Shown: positions 25,390 to 38,531 of the stretch, piece after piece | How the letters are laid out: each line of letters begins with the position of its first letter | Position numbering within the stretch: position 1 is the first letter of the stretch | Assembly: GCA_013265495.1 (NCBI GenBank) | Contig: MU058781.1 | Coordinates: 3,535,050 to 3,599,049, forward strand | DNA: 64,000 nucleotides | DNA from: Vicugna vicugna | Lineage: Eukaryota | Direction of reading: 5' to 3' | The notes under the pieces: model-generated | What the model was told of the DNA's origin: nothing | The model's database searches: none | What the model saw: only the letters and a program-made list of their open reading frames with translations | Made by a program: the position numbers and the translations under genes

Positions 25390-25680
25390 TTCACACATGA
25401 TACGGAAAGTTACACAAAAAGGGCAGGATGCCTGGTATATTACCATGTGTATACAAAGCAAAGGATAAATGTATATTTATTTGTATTTATGTAAAATCTC
25501 TGTGGAAGGGAACACTGATAACCAGTAACACTGGGCAGGAGAGTGAGTGAGAGAGCAGGAAGCAGGAGGGCGGCTCTTCAGTGTATCTGCTTTTGTGCTC
25601 TTTGAATGTTGAACCCAGTGAGTGCACAACACACTATAAAATGAACAGATAAAATTACAACTTTCATTTGAAAAGGAAAA
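25390..25680 (+). mobile_element. Old L1 (L1ME-like) 3' remnant
   Basis: atctctgtggaagggaacac...cttttgtgctctttgaatgttgaacccagtgagtgca followed by an A-rich end. Confidence 0.5.
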
Positions 25681-26694
25681 AAACAACCCCTACAATGTCC
25701 TTTGGATGGAGGTGGGGGCCCAAGCTTCCGGAGGGAGGGTCAGGACGGATTAACCAAGGAACGGGCACATCCAGGAGCGGGCCAGCCACCGCTGTGGGCA
25801 TGGCCCTCTGCCAAGACGCACTGAGTGTGTGATAACAAGCCTATAAATCACTCGCTAAAGCTCACACATCACGGCCTGGCCTCTGATAGGGGAATCTTGT
25901 TTTTCCTTTCCTGTAATACAAGAGATTCATGCCTTATCCAGAAATTCAGATACGGTGGTGTCACGGGCTGGTCGGCGTAGAGCTGGCCAGATGCCAGGCT
26001 GCCCTGTAGTAGCTGTGCAAACGCAGATAAGAGCGTTCGCCTCTTGGGGTTTTAGCTTCCTCACCAGCAACATGCAGGCAGTCATATCCCGAGGAGCAAA
26101 TAAAGATAACTTATGTAAACCAGCACTCACTCAGAAATGAGCGATAAAGGGCCCAGAAACCATCGCCGGGGGAGCCTTCCTAAAAGAAGAAAGCCTTCTT
26201 TTCTGGTCTTTGCTCCCCCAGAAAAGAAACTCCCCTGGCATAAGTAACTAGCCAGCATGAATCCCACCTGAGGGCAGCCCCAGCCACGAGCAGGGGAAGC
26301 TGGGGCCCCTCCCTGGGGAGGGCTCGCTCTGGCTTGTGTAATCCCTGGTCTGGGGGCTGGGACAAGTCCAGGCCCAGCTCGGTGTTCATTCATTCCAAAA
26401 GGGTCTGATCCTGGGACTAAAACCGCCAGCCACTGAGCCTGGGGTGAGTAAGGGCAGGCAGAGGGGAATGCAGGAAGGCCATCCTAGGCTGTCACCGTCA
26501 CCATCACCATCAACTGCCCTTCCCAGACTTGCAGCCGTGGAATTGGAATCTGGGAACCCTGGGAACAGCATCCATACGTTCAGTATGTTTTTCAAAACCA
26601 CAGATGCACCTAGGAAGCCACTTGACATGCAAACTAACCTCAGGGACAGTATCAGTCCCACTTCTAGGCAGTTCACTAGAAATTCTCCAAATAA

Positions 26695-26895
26695 TTATAG
26701 GCATCATTTATTGAGCACCTATTGTTTGCCAGCCATAGTGCCAGATGCTCTATCTTCGCTCTTTCCTGTAAAGTTAGATGCAAACTGCCTCTGTTTTACG
26801 GATGAGGTAACGGAGACTCAGAGATGATCTATTTCACCTGCCAGAGGTCACAGAGCTACCAGCTGGGTCAGAATTGGAACTTGGGTCTAAGCGCC
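26695..26895 (-). mobile_element. MIR SINE
   Basis: catttattgagcacctattgtttgccag...tgttttacggatgaggtaacggagactcagaga...gaggtcacagagcta. Confidence 0.8.
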
Positions 26896-29454
26896 TCCCC
26901 AGACTTTCAGATGCGCCTCTCAAAGTGAGTGGCATGTGAGTATCCGCGAGCTGTACTAGCATCTCAGTTACCTACAGGACAGGCAGCCTTTCCCAGGAGT
27001 TGATGCCAAAGATTCTGTGCTGTGATCCCCTGGAAGGCCTACACCTTCAGAGCACAGAGAGGCCTGGGGGAGAAAAGTGCTCAGGGAAGGACAAGGGCAC
27101 CGACCGTCACTGAGTAAGCTCGCAGCAGTGGCTGGGGACCGTGGGCCCTGCAGAAGCCGGTGTCAGGCCCTCCTCCTCTCCATCGGAGAGAGGCCAGCTG
27201 GCCAGCCTGTAGTGAGAAATTCACCTGCACTGTCACAACATGGCTTTCACTTCCTCTGTCTCCCAGGCCCTCCATCATCTCTGGGGCAGCCCCGGTGATA
27301 CCCTGAAGGGTGGGAGGCAGGGACTTGTCATAAAACCCAGAGGTGGACCGCGGGAGAAACCAAGTGCCCCGATGCCACCTGGCAGGGCAAACCTTTGCCT
27401 CCGTCTGCCACGTCAGAAGCCAACGCAAAACAGGAGAGCAGGTGGGAAGGAGGACATATATTTAGCCAAACAGCAACTCAACTTCAGCGTCACGAGAAGA
27501 CGGCGGTGTCCCAGGTGTGTGTGTCAGGACACACTGGCCGCCATGTATCTCCCTGCCATGTCCCTGATGTGACCATTTGTGGGGGGGTGTGTGTGAGCAT
27601 TTTTATAGTAACTGTATCTTCTAGTAAAATTAACACAGACACATGTGGAACCACATACAAATTCTGCATTAATTTTTAGAAGGAGAAATTTCCAACTCTA
27701 GGCCACGTCCCCAGCTATTCCCTGGGTCCCCTTAAGTATGCATTCCCTTTTCTCTCTTTTTAACAAATATTTCAGAGAAGGTCTGAGAAATCAGGTTTAG
27801 GGAAAAGTGCCAACAGGGGATCTCTCACAGCTGTGCTTGACCCCTGGCACAGCCAGCAACTAGCTGTATCAGGTTACTGTACTGTTATCAATTATGAGAT
27901 GTAACAGGTATTATGTATAGAATACACAGTACATATAACATATATATGACATGCTATATGGTGTATATTATATAATGTTATGTATGTGTACATAAAATGT
28001 TGGCCCCCCTGAGCCTCTGTGAAACTATGAGAATACTGATTTTTGCTTTTAAAAGGAGAGACCTCTGGTCTTCTGATATATTGGAAAGAAAACAGACTTG
28101 ACGGGAGGTGGAGGCTCTGGAAAGGACAGAGTACAAGCTATTAGATGGAAATGTACAGAACATCTAGGTGGTATTCAGCCAGTACACGATCAGTTCGAGG
28201 CAAAAAAAAAAAATTAAAACATGTACTTATCAGTTGGTAAATAGCCTCTGCCCTGAGATTTCTGAGTATCTCCCCATCAGCCTGGAACCCTCCCCGCCTC
28301 CCTACGGTCCAGTAACTTGAAGGCTGGCAGCTACAGAGCCAAGACCCTACTCCAGCTCCAAGGTGGCTTCTGTGCCAGTGTGCTGGTGCCCAACCATCCC
28401 GGATGGGGAAACAGTTTTAGTGGCTCCCCTGAAAGAACAATTGAAGTTAGGAGTAAGCCACAAGCCTACAGTGATTTTAAAAGAGCACACATTTTGTCAG
28501 GATGGAGGGCCGCCAATGGAAAAACCACAAAAGTGGAATTTTTTAAAGCACATGCCATGTAAAAACTCTTAAGGGATTTTTCCGTTTGTAAGCCCTGCTT
28601 TGACTCTAATTGCAGACTTGTGTCTTGCTTCCAGGTCAACATTTTAAATGAGGGGAAGAGGGAGGACTCTTGGAAGGACAGAGAGAAAACTGTATCTGGT
28701 GACTGAAGGCCAGGGAGAAGAAATGGGAGCAAAGGAGTGAGGGAGAAACTCTTCCACGGGGCGGGGGCATCTGGCTCACACTATTAAATAAAGTGAGATG
28801 AGGAGAGCCTTCTTCGTCACTCCTTAGAACAATTAATCATTGTTACTCAAGTGTGGGGGTGGGGATAAGAAACAATGGTGATCTGTCCAGCATCTTCAGC
28901 AGGGATTCTTTTCTCTGCAACAGGTGCTTGGAGGGCCAGCAGCAGCATCACACATTTGTGTAGACCAACAGCCCCGCCACTGCAGGAAAATTTCTATGTT
29001 TCAAATTTTCTCACCTGAAACAAAGCAGGAGGGTTCTGACTCTGCCTAATGAGGATTACCTAGCTGTAGATGTTAGCTTTGTATAAGGTGAGAGACTCCA
29101 GGCACAAAAAAAAGAGAAAAGAGGAGCCATTAGAAAGGGAAGGAGATTTGAAAGATACCATTGCCAGGTTTAAGGGCAGGGTGTGTTTGGATCCTGATTT
29201 GAGAGGTCCAACCATGAGAACACATTCTAGAGACAATCAAAGAAATGTGAATCTGGACTGTGTGGTGAATGAGAGCAGGGACTTCTTGTTAATTATTGTA
29301 GGTCCAATAGCGGCATGGTGGCTAACTAGAAGGAAGGAAGGAAGGAAAAAGAAGGGAGAGAAGGAGGGAGGGAGGGAACTAACAGATGTTAACTTAGGTA
29401 TTTACAGGTAGAATGTCATGTAAGTATTTTGGAATGAGCAGGAAAATGAGCAAT

Positions 29455-30475
29455 CTGAAGATTAAATTAGAAAAACACACCTATAACAGCATCAAAAGGA
29501 TAAAATCCTTAGAAATACATTTAAGAAATGCAAAACTTGTACTCTGAACACTAAAAAAAAATGCTGAAAAAAATTAGGGAAGACTTAACATAATAGGAAA
29601 GACATCTGTGTTCATGGGTCAGAAATCTAACACTGTTAAGATGCAATACTAAACCAGAGACAGATTATGATTTATGGACACAGAAAACAAACTATGGTTA
29701 CCAAAGGGGAATGACAGGGAGGGATAACTTAGGAGTTTGGGATTAACAGATACACACTTTTGTATATTATATAAAATAGATAATCAACAAGGACCTACTG
29801 TATAGCACAGGGAACTATATTCAATTTCTTGTAATAAGCTATAATGGAAAAGAATCTGAAAATATGTGCATATATTTATGTATATGTATAGCTGAATTGC
29901 TTTGCTATACACCTGAAACTAACATTGTAAATCAACTACACTTCAATATAAAATTAAATTAAAATAAAAGATGCAACACTACTCAAATTGATCTACAGTT
30001 TCAATGCAATTTTCATCAAAATTCCAGCTGCCTTTTTTTTTTAACAAATTGATAAGCTGATCCTAAAATTCATATGGAAATGCACCCAGAATAGCACAAA
30101 CAATCTTGAAAGACCACAAAACTAGAAGACTTACACTTCATGATTTCAAACTTACTACAAAGCCATAGTAATCAAGATGATGTGATACTGGCATGTGGAG
30201 AGAGAAACAGATTAATAGATAGAACTGAGAATTTAGAAATAAACCCTCACACTTACAGCTAATTGATTTTCAACAATGGTGTGAAGACCATTCAATGGGG
30301 AAAGAACTGTCTTTTCAACAAATGATGTTAGGACAACCGGCTCTCCATATGCAAAAAAATGAACTGGACCTCAACTTGATGCCACATGTAAAAATTAACC
30401 CCAAATCAAAGCCCTAAAGGTAAGAGCTAAAACTATAAAACTTTTAGAAGAAAACACAAGAGGAAACTGTGAGAA
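29455..30475 (+). mobile_element. Degenerate L1 ORF2 (C-terminal/RT-distal) fragment, split by a younger L1 tail
   Basis: Typical L1 ORF2 DNA: aaattgatctacagtttcaatgcaatt...tcctaaaattcatatggaa...cttactacaaagccatagtaatcaaga...ccattcaatggggaaagaactgtcttttcaacaaatgatg. Frameshifted, with no open frame. Confidence 0.88.
29652..29967 (+). mobile_element. Younger L1 3' end inserted in the older L1, 14-bp TSD
   Basis: TSD AAGATGCAATACTA (29638-29651) / AAGATGCAACACTA (29968-29981). Tail ggacctactgtatagcacagggaactatattcaa...gtaaatcaactacacttcaatataaaa. Confidence 0.9.
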
Positions 30476-31267
30476 CTTGTGTTTGTAAATTAAAACCATG
30501 GCACCCCAACTACATGGGCTAGAACCTCAGTCCTGCCACTTTCTTGCTATGGCCAAGTGGGTGGCTTAATTTTGCTGAGCTTCAGAGAAAATGAAGATAC
30601 AACCAGCCTCATGGGGTTGTTACAAGAACTATAAGGAGGCAACACCGTCCTGGCATCTCCCAGAATATGAACTCAGTCCATGTGAGTTACCTATTAGCCA
30701 TGTCCTTAGTGAAAGAATATGTAAGCTCCAGAGTGAAGCCTCTCTGGGGACTTGGGTGCAACATTAAAATGCCACTTCAAGATTTAAAAAAGAAACTCCA
30801 AGTTACAAAGCTCAGTTTGAATTCTCTACAATGCATAGTTTTCATACAATCTGTAGTGTGCAACAGTTTGTTTTAAAGGTCCCAAGATAGCAGGCTGCAG
30901 TCCTTTGGACCCAAAGTCCACCTGAAGACATTGCTTATGGAGTAACTAGCATTTTAAAATTTTAAATTTGGTTGCCTTTATACAGGGTCCCTCATCCCAG
31001 TGAAACACAAGCCCCACCATTCCACACTGATAACCTCAGGCAGACCTCACTTGTTTACATCACTGTCTGGTCCCTGATTAAGTTTCTACGCTCTATCTCA
31101 AATGCTGTGAAATCTCTTTGTTAGCTATTCAACTTTCCTCTTACATGTGTTTGGAGAACCTCTTATTTTTTTTTAAGACTTTTCAAGTTTTGGAAGGTTT
31201 TAATATTCATTTAAATATTCACAATAACTTAAAAAATATGGCTGTAAAATATTTTAAAATATTAACC

Positions 31268-31507
31268 AGCGCTATCCTAACAAAAGTGCAATACAAGCTA
31301 CAAATGCAAGTTGCTTGTGTAATTTTAAATTTTCTAATAGTCACATGAAAAAAGTAAAAAGAAATATATTTCCTATTCTTATTTCAAAGTAAGTCTTTGG
31401 GATCTGGTGTGTGTTTTACACTTGCAGCACATCTCAACTTGGAATGGCTGCATTTCGAGTGCTGAAGAGCCACCTGTGGCCAGTGGCTCGCAAGCTGCAG
31501 AGTGCAG
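31268..31507. mobile_element. hAT-Charlie MITE (MER33/MER3-like)
   Basis: gtaattttaaattttctaatagtcacat...tctggtgtgtgttttacacttgcagcacatctcaacttgg...gccacctgtggccagtggct. Confidence 0.75.
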
Positions 31508-32869
31508 ATACAGAAGACCAGTGACAAACCATGCAATACAAGACCTTAAAGGAAGAGGTGGGGTTACACAGGAAGAGAACATCTACACTGGAAATCATTT
31601 AAGTGGCAGATTTTGGAGCTTTGACAATTCTGGTGGTGACAATGGTCATGACGAAGTTTTGAGGTCACATGATTCCATTGCTGGGAGGAGGGTAGGGAGG
31701 AAGTAGTGGAGAGGACATCATCCAGGGCTTCCTTTTCTGCTGTGGCTTCTACTTCCGTCCTCCCTACCCCATGCATACTGGAAGTGGGAAAGGACAGGGT
31801 TGAAAACAGAGCAGAGAAGAACAGAAGGTGGGGTTGAGAGCTCACCACCCCTGACATTTACCTCTGCTTCAAGCTCCGGCCCCAACTCACCAGTGACCTG
31901 AAGGTCCCGGGGCGAGGATTCTTCCTGCTACTCCCGACCTCCCCTCCCCGACTTCTGAGGCAGCCTTCTCTATCCCCAAAGAACAGGCCTTCTGGCTCTG
32001 CTATTCGAGGAATATCATGTTCTCCCAAGTGTGATATTTTGGGACTTTCTGGCAGGAGGTGGGATGGGCAGGGGTGGAAATAACTCACGAATGTTCTCTG
32101 AACAAGGAATCATAAAGCACAGACATCTGGCCCCAGGATCTTGCTGGCTCCAGGGACGTCACTGTAAACCCACTAACACTAATTGCTTCCACGTCTGCTG
32201 CCATTTCTAGTGGAAATAAAATGCCTCTCTGGCTAATGGAAAACAAAACGCCCGCTTGCTGTTTGTTTGCCACATTACGTAAGAGCTCTCTGTCCCACCA
32301 CTCCTCCTCCAGCCCCACCCTGAAGCCCTTTAAAGGGCACCTGTGCAAAGCCTGCAAGAGCCCTACATGCACAGGTTAACAAGGTTCAGAAAGGATGCCT
32401 CTTAATCCCAGACTAAACGGGTGGTGGGGAGGCAGAAAGAAGGCAGAAGCGGAGCTAGAAAAGGGAAGGAATCGTATTCGTTTTTAATTCATACTTTCAG
32501 GAATATCGTGGATCTCCTGACTCGACATGAAGTTCAAAGATCTGAACGTGAACTTCCGAGTTCAGTTTGACTGCGAAAGAAGGGAAAGTACAAGTTCAGG
32601 TGAAACTGAGGTTTAAGAAAACGGACTCTCAACCCATGGGGCCAAATTCAGTTGCCCTTTTAAATGATCTACAGCAGCTCACTAGGACGCCTTCCTTAAC
32701 AGTCCTGTTCCAGCTTGGCTGCCTGTGTTCACCCCCATGTTAGGACTTACTGCACAACGTAGTAACAAGCGCCTTGTCCATCTCCCCACTGACGGCCCGC
32801 AGGACTGCATTTTACACGCCACTCTATCTCCAGCGCCTTGCCTGGGTCTCGGCAAAGCACAGGCTGTCC

Positions 32870-33250
32870 TTCCTCTCCCCACAATGGTTCTAATAACAGA
32901 ACCAAGTTTTAGCTGGACCCATGGTTGCCAAGAATAAAAACTACATTTCCCAGCCTCCCTTGCAGTTAAGTGTGGCCATGGGACTAAGTTCTAGCCAATA
33001 GGATCTGAGTAGAAGTGATGTACAAACTTCTCACAGTGCCATTCTCCATCTCTCCCTTCTGTGTGAGTACTGACAGGCGTGAGGCCATCACGGGCCACGC
33101 AGGCAAGGACAACAACCTAGGGATGGTGGCACAACAAGACGGAGGATCCTGGATCCTAGACAATGTGGAGCTGCCAGACGGCTTTCAGAGAGGCTGCCGT
33201 GTGAGAACAAAACTATTATTTTGGGACTGGGTTATAGTAGCTGAAATTAT
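32870..33250 (+). mobile_element. Old ERVL-type solo LTR (LTR33/LTR16-like)
   Basis: ctacatttcccagcctcccttgcagttaagtgtggccatgggactaagttctagccaataggat...ctagggatggtggcacaacaaga. Confidence 0.7.
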
Positions 33251-33312
33251 ATGCTTAGGATTTATTTGTTGATGAAAACAGACAAGGACACCCCTAAAAC
33301 AGTGAACCCCAC

Positions 33313-33939
33313 TGTGATGCTTATTTTATGTGTCAACTGGACCGGGCCACAGGGTGCCCCACACAGTAGGTCAAACATTATTCTGCGGGTATCTGGAAGG
33401 TGGTTCTTGATGTGACTAGCATCTGAACTGGTAAGACTGGGTAAAGCAGTTTTCCTCCCTCAGGTGGGTGGGTCCCATCCAATTAACTGAAGACCTCAGC
33501 CTGAAGGCTGAGTAAAAGGGAACGTCTCCTGCCTGACTGTCTGAGTGGAGAGATAAGTCTTTTCCTGTCTTTGGACTAAAACTGAAACATCAGCTCTTCT
33601 CAAGTCTCAAGCCTGCTGGCTTTCGGACTAGAGCTTACAGCACTGGCTCCCCTGGGTTGCCGGTGTACCGACCACAGCTACGGGACTTCTCAGCCTCCAT
33701 AACTGTGCTACCCAACTCCTCACACTAAATCTCTTCTTTTATTCTTGGCAACCAGCATGACGTTAATGGTTCTGTTAGAAGAGAAGAAGGTGAGAGCTGA
33801 TTAGAGGGATGGCCAGGGGTCTGTGCTATGCCTATAATTTGCCGAGACCCTGCCAGGTGCTGGAGATAGGGTGTTGTGTAAGATGCCGTCCTGCCAACAG
33901 GGAGATAGACAAGGCATTGTCTAATTACACCATACTATC

Positions 33940-34003
<64 letters not shown>

Positions 34004-34121
34004 GTTTTCATTTCTAAGTGGATGGATGGATGGATGGATGGATAGATAGATACGGCTACAGATATAGATACAGATATATTTCCAATTGATTCTGTTTCTC
34101 CAGAGCATCCTGTCTAATACA
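33313..34121 (+). mobile_element. MLT2-type (ERVL) solo LTR with perfect 5-bp TSD, an internal insert and a microsatellite
   Basis: Begins TGtgatgcttattttatgtgtcaact and ends ttctgtttctccagagcatcctgtctaataCA. Flanked by CCCAC at 33308-33312 and 34122-34126. Confidence 0.88.
33941..34051. repeat. (GATA)15 tetranucleotide STR followed by a short (GGAT)n/(GATA)n
   Basis: A perfect gata array spans 33941-34000, and ggat repeats start at about 34020. Confidence 0.97.
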
Positions 34122-37100
34122 CCCACTATTTGGCTCTCATTCTGAAGAGCCAGCCTCTGGTTCTTCCTGCCTCTCTTACTGATGAACAATCTTACATCCC
34201 TACCGAGATTAGATGCTCTTGGGCTGCAGAGACGCACCTTTCTCATCACCTTCTTTTGCCTCCACCTCCCTCTATATGCTACTTACTCCAGGCTGGACCC
34301 AGAACAGCACTCCTAGATCCTGGAACAAAGGATCGTATTAAAAACAAAGCCCTTCGTCACATTTCTTTGGAGTGCCTCTGAAACACCCTGTTACAAAAGC
34401 TGAGAAAATTGTCCAAGATGGCCAAGTTCAAAGGGCTTATCTTAGAATCAAAACCTTCTTCAAAGCAGAGACTGAGTTTTTGTATAAACACCTTCTGCCT
34501 AGCCATGAGGTTCTACGTAGCAAAATGAAAGTGGAAAGTTTGGGGGAAATTAATTTGGGGGGAAATCGAGGTCAAACGGGGGTCAGAGGATAAACTTTTG
34601 CAACAGGATTTAGTCAGATGGCTTTTCCTGAGTCACTGAATTTCATCAGGAGAGAATTGCAAACACGAACCCTCTGTTTAATGAAGATGGTGACGAAATA
34701 AATCGGGTGACTCCCACTCAGCCACCTCCCTCCTCACACTCATCCAACCGACTCTCCAAGATTGCTCAACCAAAGAGCAGAAGTTCACAGAATCTCTCCT
34801 CTTGGGTCAGCTCCCACAGGATGGGAGCACTTGGCTGTGCTCCCAGAAGAACCGTGATCCAGCGAAGGTATGTGAGAAATGGGCCCTAACCACCAAACGC
34901 AGCAGAAGGAGAGAGTGGCCAAGAGTCCGACCCCGAAGCATTTGTCCTCCAAGTGGAGAATGTTTAAGAACTGACACGTTCACTCTCCAGCTCCGGAAAT
35001 AGCTGCCTGGTCAGAACACAATTGAACCTGACCTTGGACCCCGGCTGTGGCAGGCAGAGGTTAATTTCCTTTCCTCCCAAGGCAGGTCCTAGTGCCAACT
35101 GTCTTATTAATTGTGCCTAATTAAATTTTCTGCACAATGTAGCAAGCATCTTATCTTGGGCAGTGGGGCCAAGGCATCCCCTGGTTCTTTCCTATGGTTT
35201 GAATCAGAAGTTTGATAAGGGGCATATTTTGCTTAAAAAAAAAGCAGTGATGATGATGAGGAGAAAGAATTTTTTTTTCTTTTTTTACTGTTGGCAGCTC
35301 CCCCAGGAATAATTTCTATTTGCCTGTGAGAACCTCCCCTTGTGACCTGGCAGGGAGAAAAGATAAGACAGCCACGTAAAGGAGTTCAAGTGAACATCTT
35401 CGGACCCGAAGGAAAGTAGGCCAGTGGGTTGAAACAAAATCCACTCACAAGCAAACAAAAGATTTAATAAACAGAAGACAACTTGATGCCGGCACAGACC
35501 TCGGGCCCTCTGCCTACATCATGTTCCTGGCCAACGGTACTGTGTCCACCTGGTCAACACAGCTCTGCTAAGGGACTAGTTGGGCTAATACAGCTGTTCA
35601 CTTATATATTCATTTATTTCAGAATGACTTTATTGCCTTTTGGAGAAATGACACATACTCCTTTTTTTTTTTTTTAACTTAAGCAACTCAGAAAAATCTG
35701 AAGAAAATGAAACTAAACCCCACCACCCATCAAGCCTCCACCGTTAAGTCAGGTAACCATGATCCAGTGGCATCTTTATGGCCACAGAGGGCTAGGAAGA
35801 CAGGTGGATTTCTAGATAGCAATAATGTCACAGGGAGTTTACCACACACCACCTCTGAGAAAGAGGATTCCATTAGTTGAACTCGACAGGCTAGGAAAGA
35901 AACTGAAATGAAACGGAATCTGCCACATTTCTGAAAAGACACAGATTGTGATCCTGGTGGGTGGGATTCTGAAGGCAGAGTGAATGTCCCAGGCCAGCTG
36001 AGGGAGAGGACATCAGAGGGGCAGGTAACACAGGGAAATAAAACCCCAGCCCCTAAGAGATTTAAAATGCTTTCCTTGGCACTCTGGAGAGATGCCTTAG
36101 TTGACATACGGTAGCCTCCTCTGGACTCAGCGTTCTGGAAGCCCGGGCCCTGGCTCTAGCAGCACAGCTGGCTCAGCCTGTGTTTGGGTAGATTACCTGA
36201 TCTCTGAAGAAGGGAGCATCTCCTCAGTGCTGGAGAAATTCTGACAAGAACGAGGAGGACGGAGAGGACGGTGCTGGTCACCTAACAGGCTGGCGAGAGG
36301 AAGCGGGGAAGACTTTGAAAGCTCAGAGTGTGTCAGGAGACTCCCAGGATAGACTGACGGAGGTCTGAGCAGTTTGGACGAAAGAAGAAACAGGGAAGAG
36401 AAAGACTGAAGGAGGAGGAGGGTGAGAGAAAAAAACACGTCTGGAAATCCTGACACTGAGAACCAAAACCTCAGCGCCCCCCAGAGCCCACCCCTTGCCC
36501 TCTGCCCCGGCCTCTGAGGGGACATTGTTATTCACACAGCAAAGCAGTTGAACCTCAAAAGACAATGAGAAATGCTTTCAAAGTAACCAAGGCCTCGTAC
36601 CCAATTGTATAGTAAAGCCTCAGGATCTCACCGGGGCCGACAAACAGCCAAGCCCACGCAGTCCTCCAGCCTCGCCGGGAAGGGGCAGGAGCAAGAGGGG
36701 AGGTTCCAGGCAAAGCCACACCCCGGATCGGAGAAGCCTGCTGTGAAAAGAGCAGCTCCAGACTCTGCCAGAACCAAACCTCCGGCTGTGGGCCTGCCTC
36801 CTCCACTCTGGAGCAAGGACCCACAAAGACATCAGCTGTCCAGTCTCAGCAGCGGGGCGACGTGCGGCCTGTTTTCCTCGGATGCAGGCACAGAGTGTCA
36901 CCTGGGGGACCTCCTGCCCACACAGAAGGGTCGGCAGTTGGCCTCACAGATGAAGGCCTGTCCTCCTGGCCTGTGACGGGGGCCAGGCCTGAGGGCGAAA
37001 GAGCACCTCGGCGTTGTCTTCTGTCACCGAACTGAGGCCACACCTCTCCCCACCCGCTCACCGACACAGTCTCCCACGAGAGACCCGCGCTAAGCCTTTG

Positions 37101-37344
37101 CTTCCGAGGCTGCAGGGAAAAGCTCAGTGCAGGGGCTCTGGAAGCAGAACCCCGAGTTCAGGCCCAGCTGCTTCCTCAGGTCCCTTGTGCCTCGGTTTCC
37201 TCATCTGTGACCTGAGGGGGTACTCGTAACTACCTTAGCGCTATTGCAGGGACAGGAGGAGCTGGTCCACTCAAGTCTGAGCACAGCTCCAGGACACAGT
37301 AAGGGCCACCAGGACCCTCTACCACTGAGACTGAGTGCCAGGTG

Positions 37345-37480
37345 CTTGGGGCTAAGCTGTGTCCCTGGAAATTCCCAGTTTGAAGTCCTCACCCCTAGTC
37401 CCTCAGAATGGAACCGTTCTTGGAGACAGGGTTTGTCAAGAGGTAATTAAGGTGAAAGAAGTCAGGAGGGTAGGCCCTGT
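37345..37480 (+). mobile_element. MaLR LTR 5' fragment (MLT1A/B-like)
   Basis: tgtgtccctggaaattcc...tgaagtcctcacccctagtccctcagaatg...ttggagacagggttt...aagaggtaattaagg. Confidence 0.7.
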
Positions 37481-38201
37481 CCTTCAGTCAGGCTAAGCGG
37501 CATTAAACCACCTCTAAGCACCCACTAATATTCCAGGTGCTCCGGGGAAACGGGAGGAAAAACAAAACCTGGGCCCTGATCATTAGCATCTTACAATCTG
37601 GATGGAGAGAAAAGCTGTACATATTTGGCAATGACTGGAGGTGGCAGTGAGATCACACTGGATGGAGCGCCAGATCGTGGGATGCAGGCACCTGTGCTTA
37701 AGCATCCGGAGAGCACCAGAGTCAGCCAGCCCTGCTGCGCACCCACCAATGAAACCAAACCAGCCAGCAAAGACTGGAGAGGGCTAGGGGCCGAGCTGCC
37801 CATCTGAAATCAGGCAGGCGGTGCACTGGGCCACTCAGGGTCATCACGGCTATCTCCAGCCAGACACGCTGCCTGGCACAGAGCTGGAGAGAGTCTGAGA
37901 GCAACTGCTGGCACCGCCATGTGCTTGTGTGTGACCCCGGGCCCGTCACGTGATCTCTCTGGGCCTCCACAGCTGTAACATGCAGACCGGTCAGCGGCAC
38001 TCACATCACTGGGCTGTTGCAGGAAGGACTTCAGCACAGTGCTTGGGCCACAGGAAGGGCTGACAAGCGTCAGTCATATTACCACGGGCCTGGACTTCTG
38101 ATGGGGCTCCCATGGTTAACAGCAGGAATCGGGACATTCAGTAAGTCAAAAGACAGACTAGGTGAATGGAAAGTAACTTTAAATAAGACAAGGGAGGGAG
38201 A

Positions 38202-38531
38202 TTACTTACAAAATGGAAACAGACTCACAGACAGAAAACAAATTTATAGTTACCAATGGGGGAAGCACAGGAGGGATAAATTAAGAGTGTGGGATTAATA
38301 GATGCTCACTACCATATATAAAGCAGATAAACAACAAGCATTTACTGTACAGCACAGAAAATTATATTCAATTTCTCATAATAACCTATAATGGAAAAGA
38401 ACCAGAAAAAATATCTATACTAAAAATATATATAAAAATACAAAATATATATAAGTATATAAATGAATCACTTTGCTATACACCTGAAACTAATATAATA
38501 TTGTAAATCAACTATACTTCAATTTAAAAAA
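38202..38531 (+). mobile_element. 5'-truncated L1 3' end
   Basis: aacagactcacagacagaaaacaaatttatagttacc...gctatacacctgaaactaatataatattgtaaatcaactatacttcaatttaaaaa, the same family as 29652-29967. Confidence 0.88.

Noticed and set aside
33938..34249. ORF with YLSI/HPSI repeats (similarly the HTHT ORFs at 4326-4708)
   Set aside because: These are translations of GATA/GGAT and GT microsatellites.
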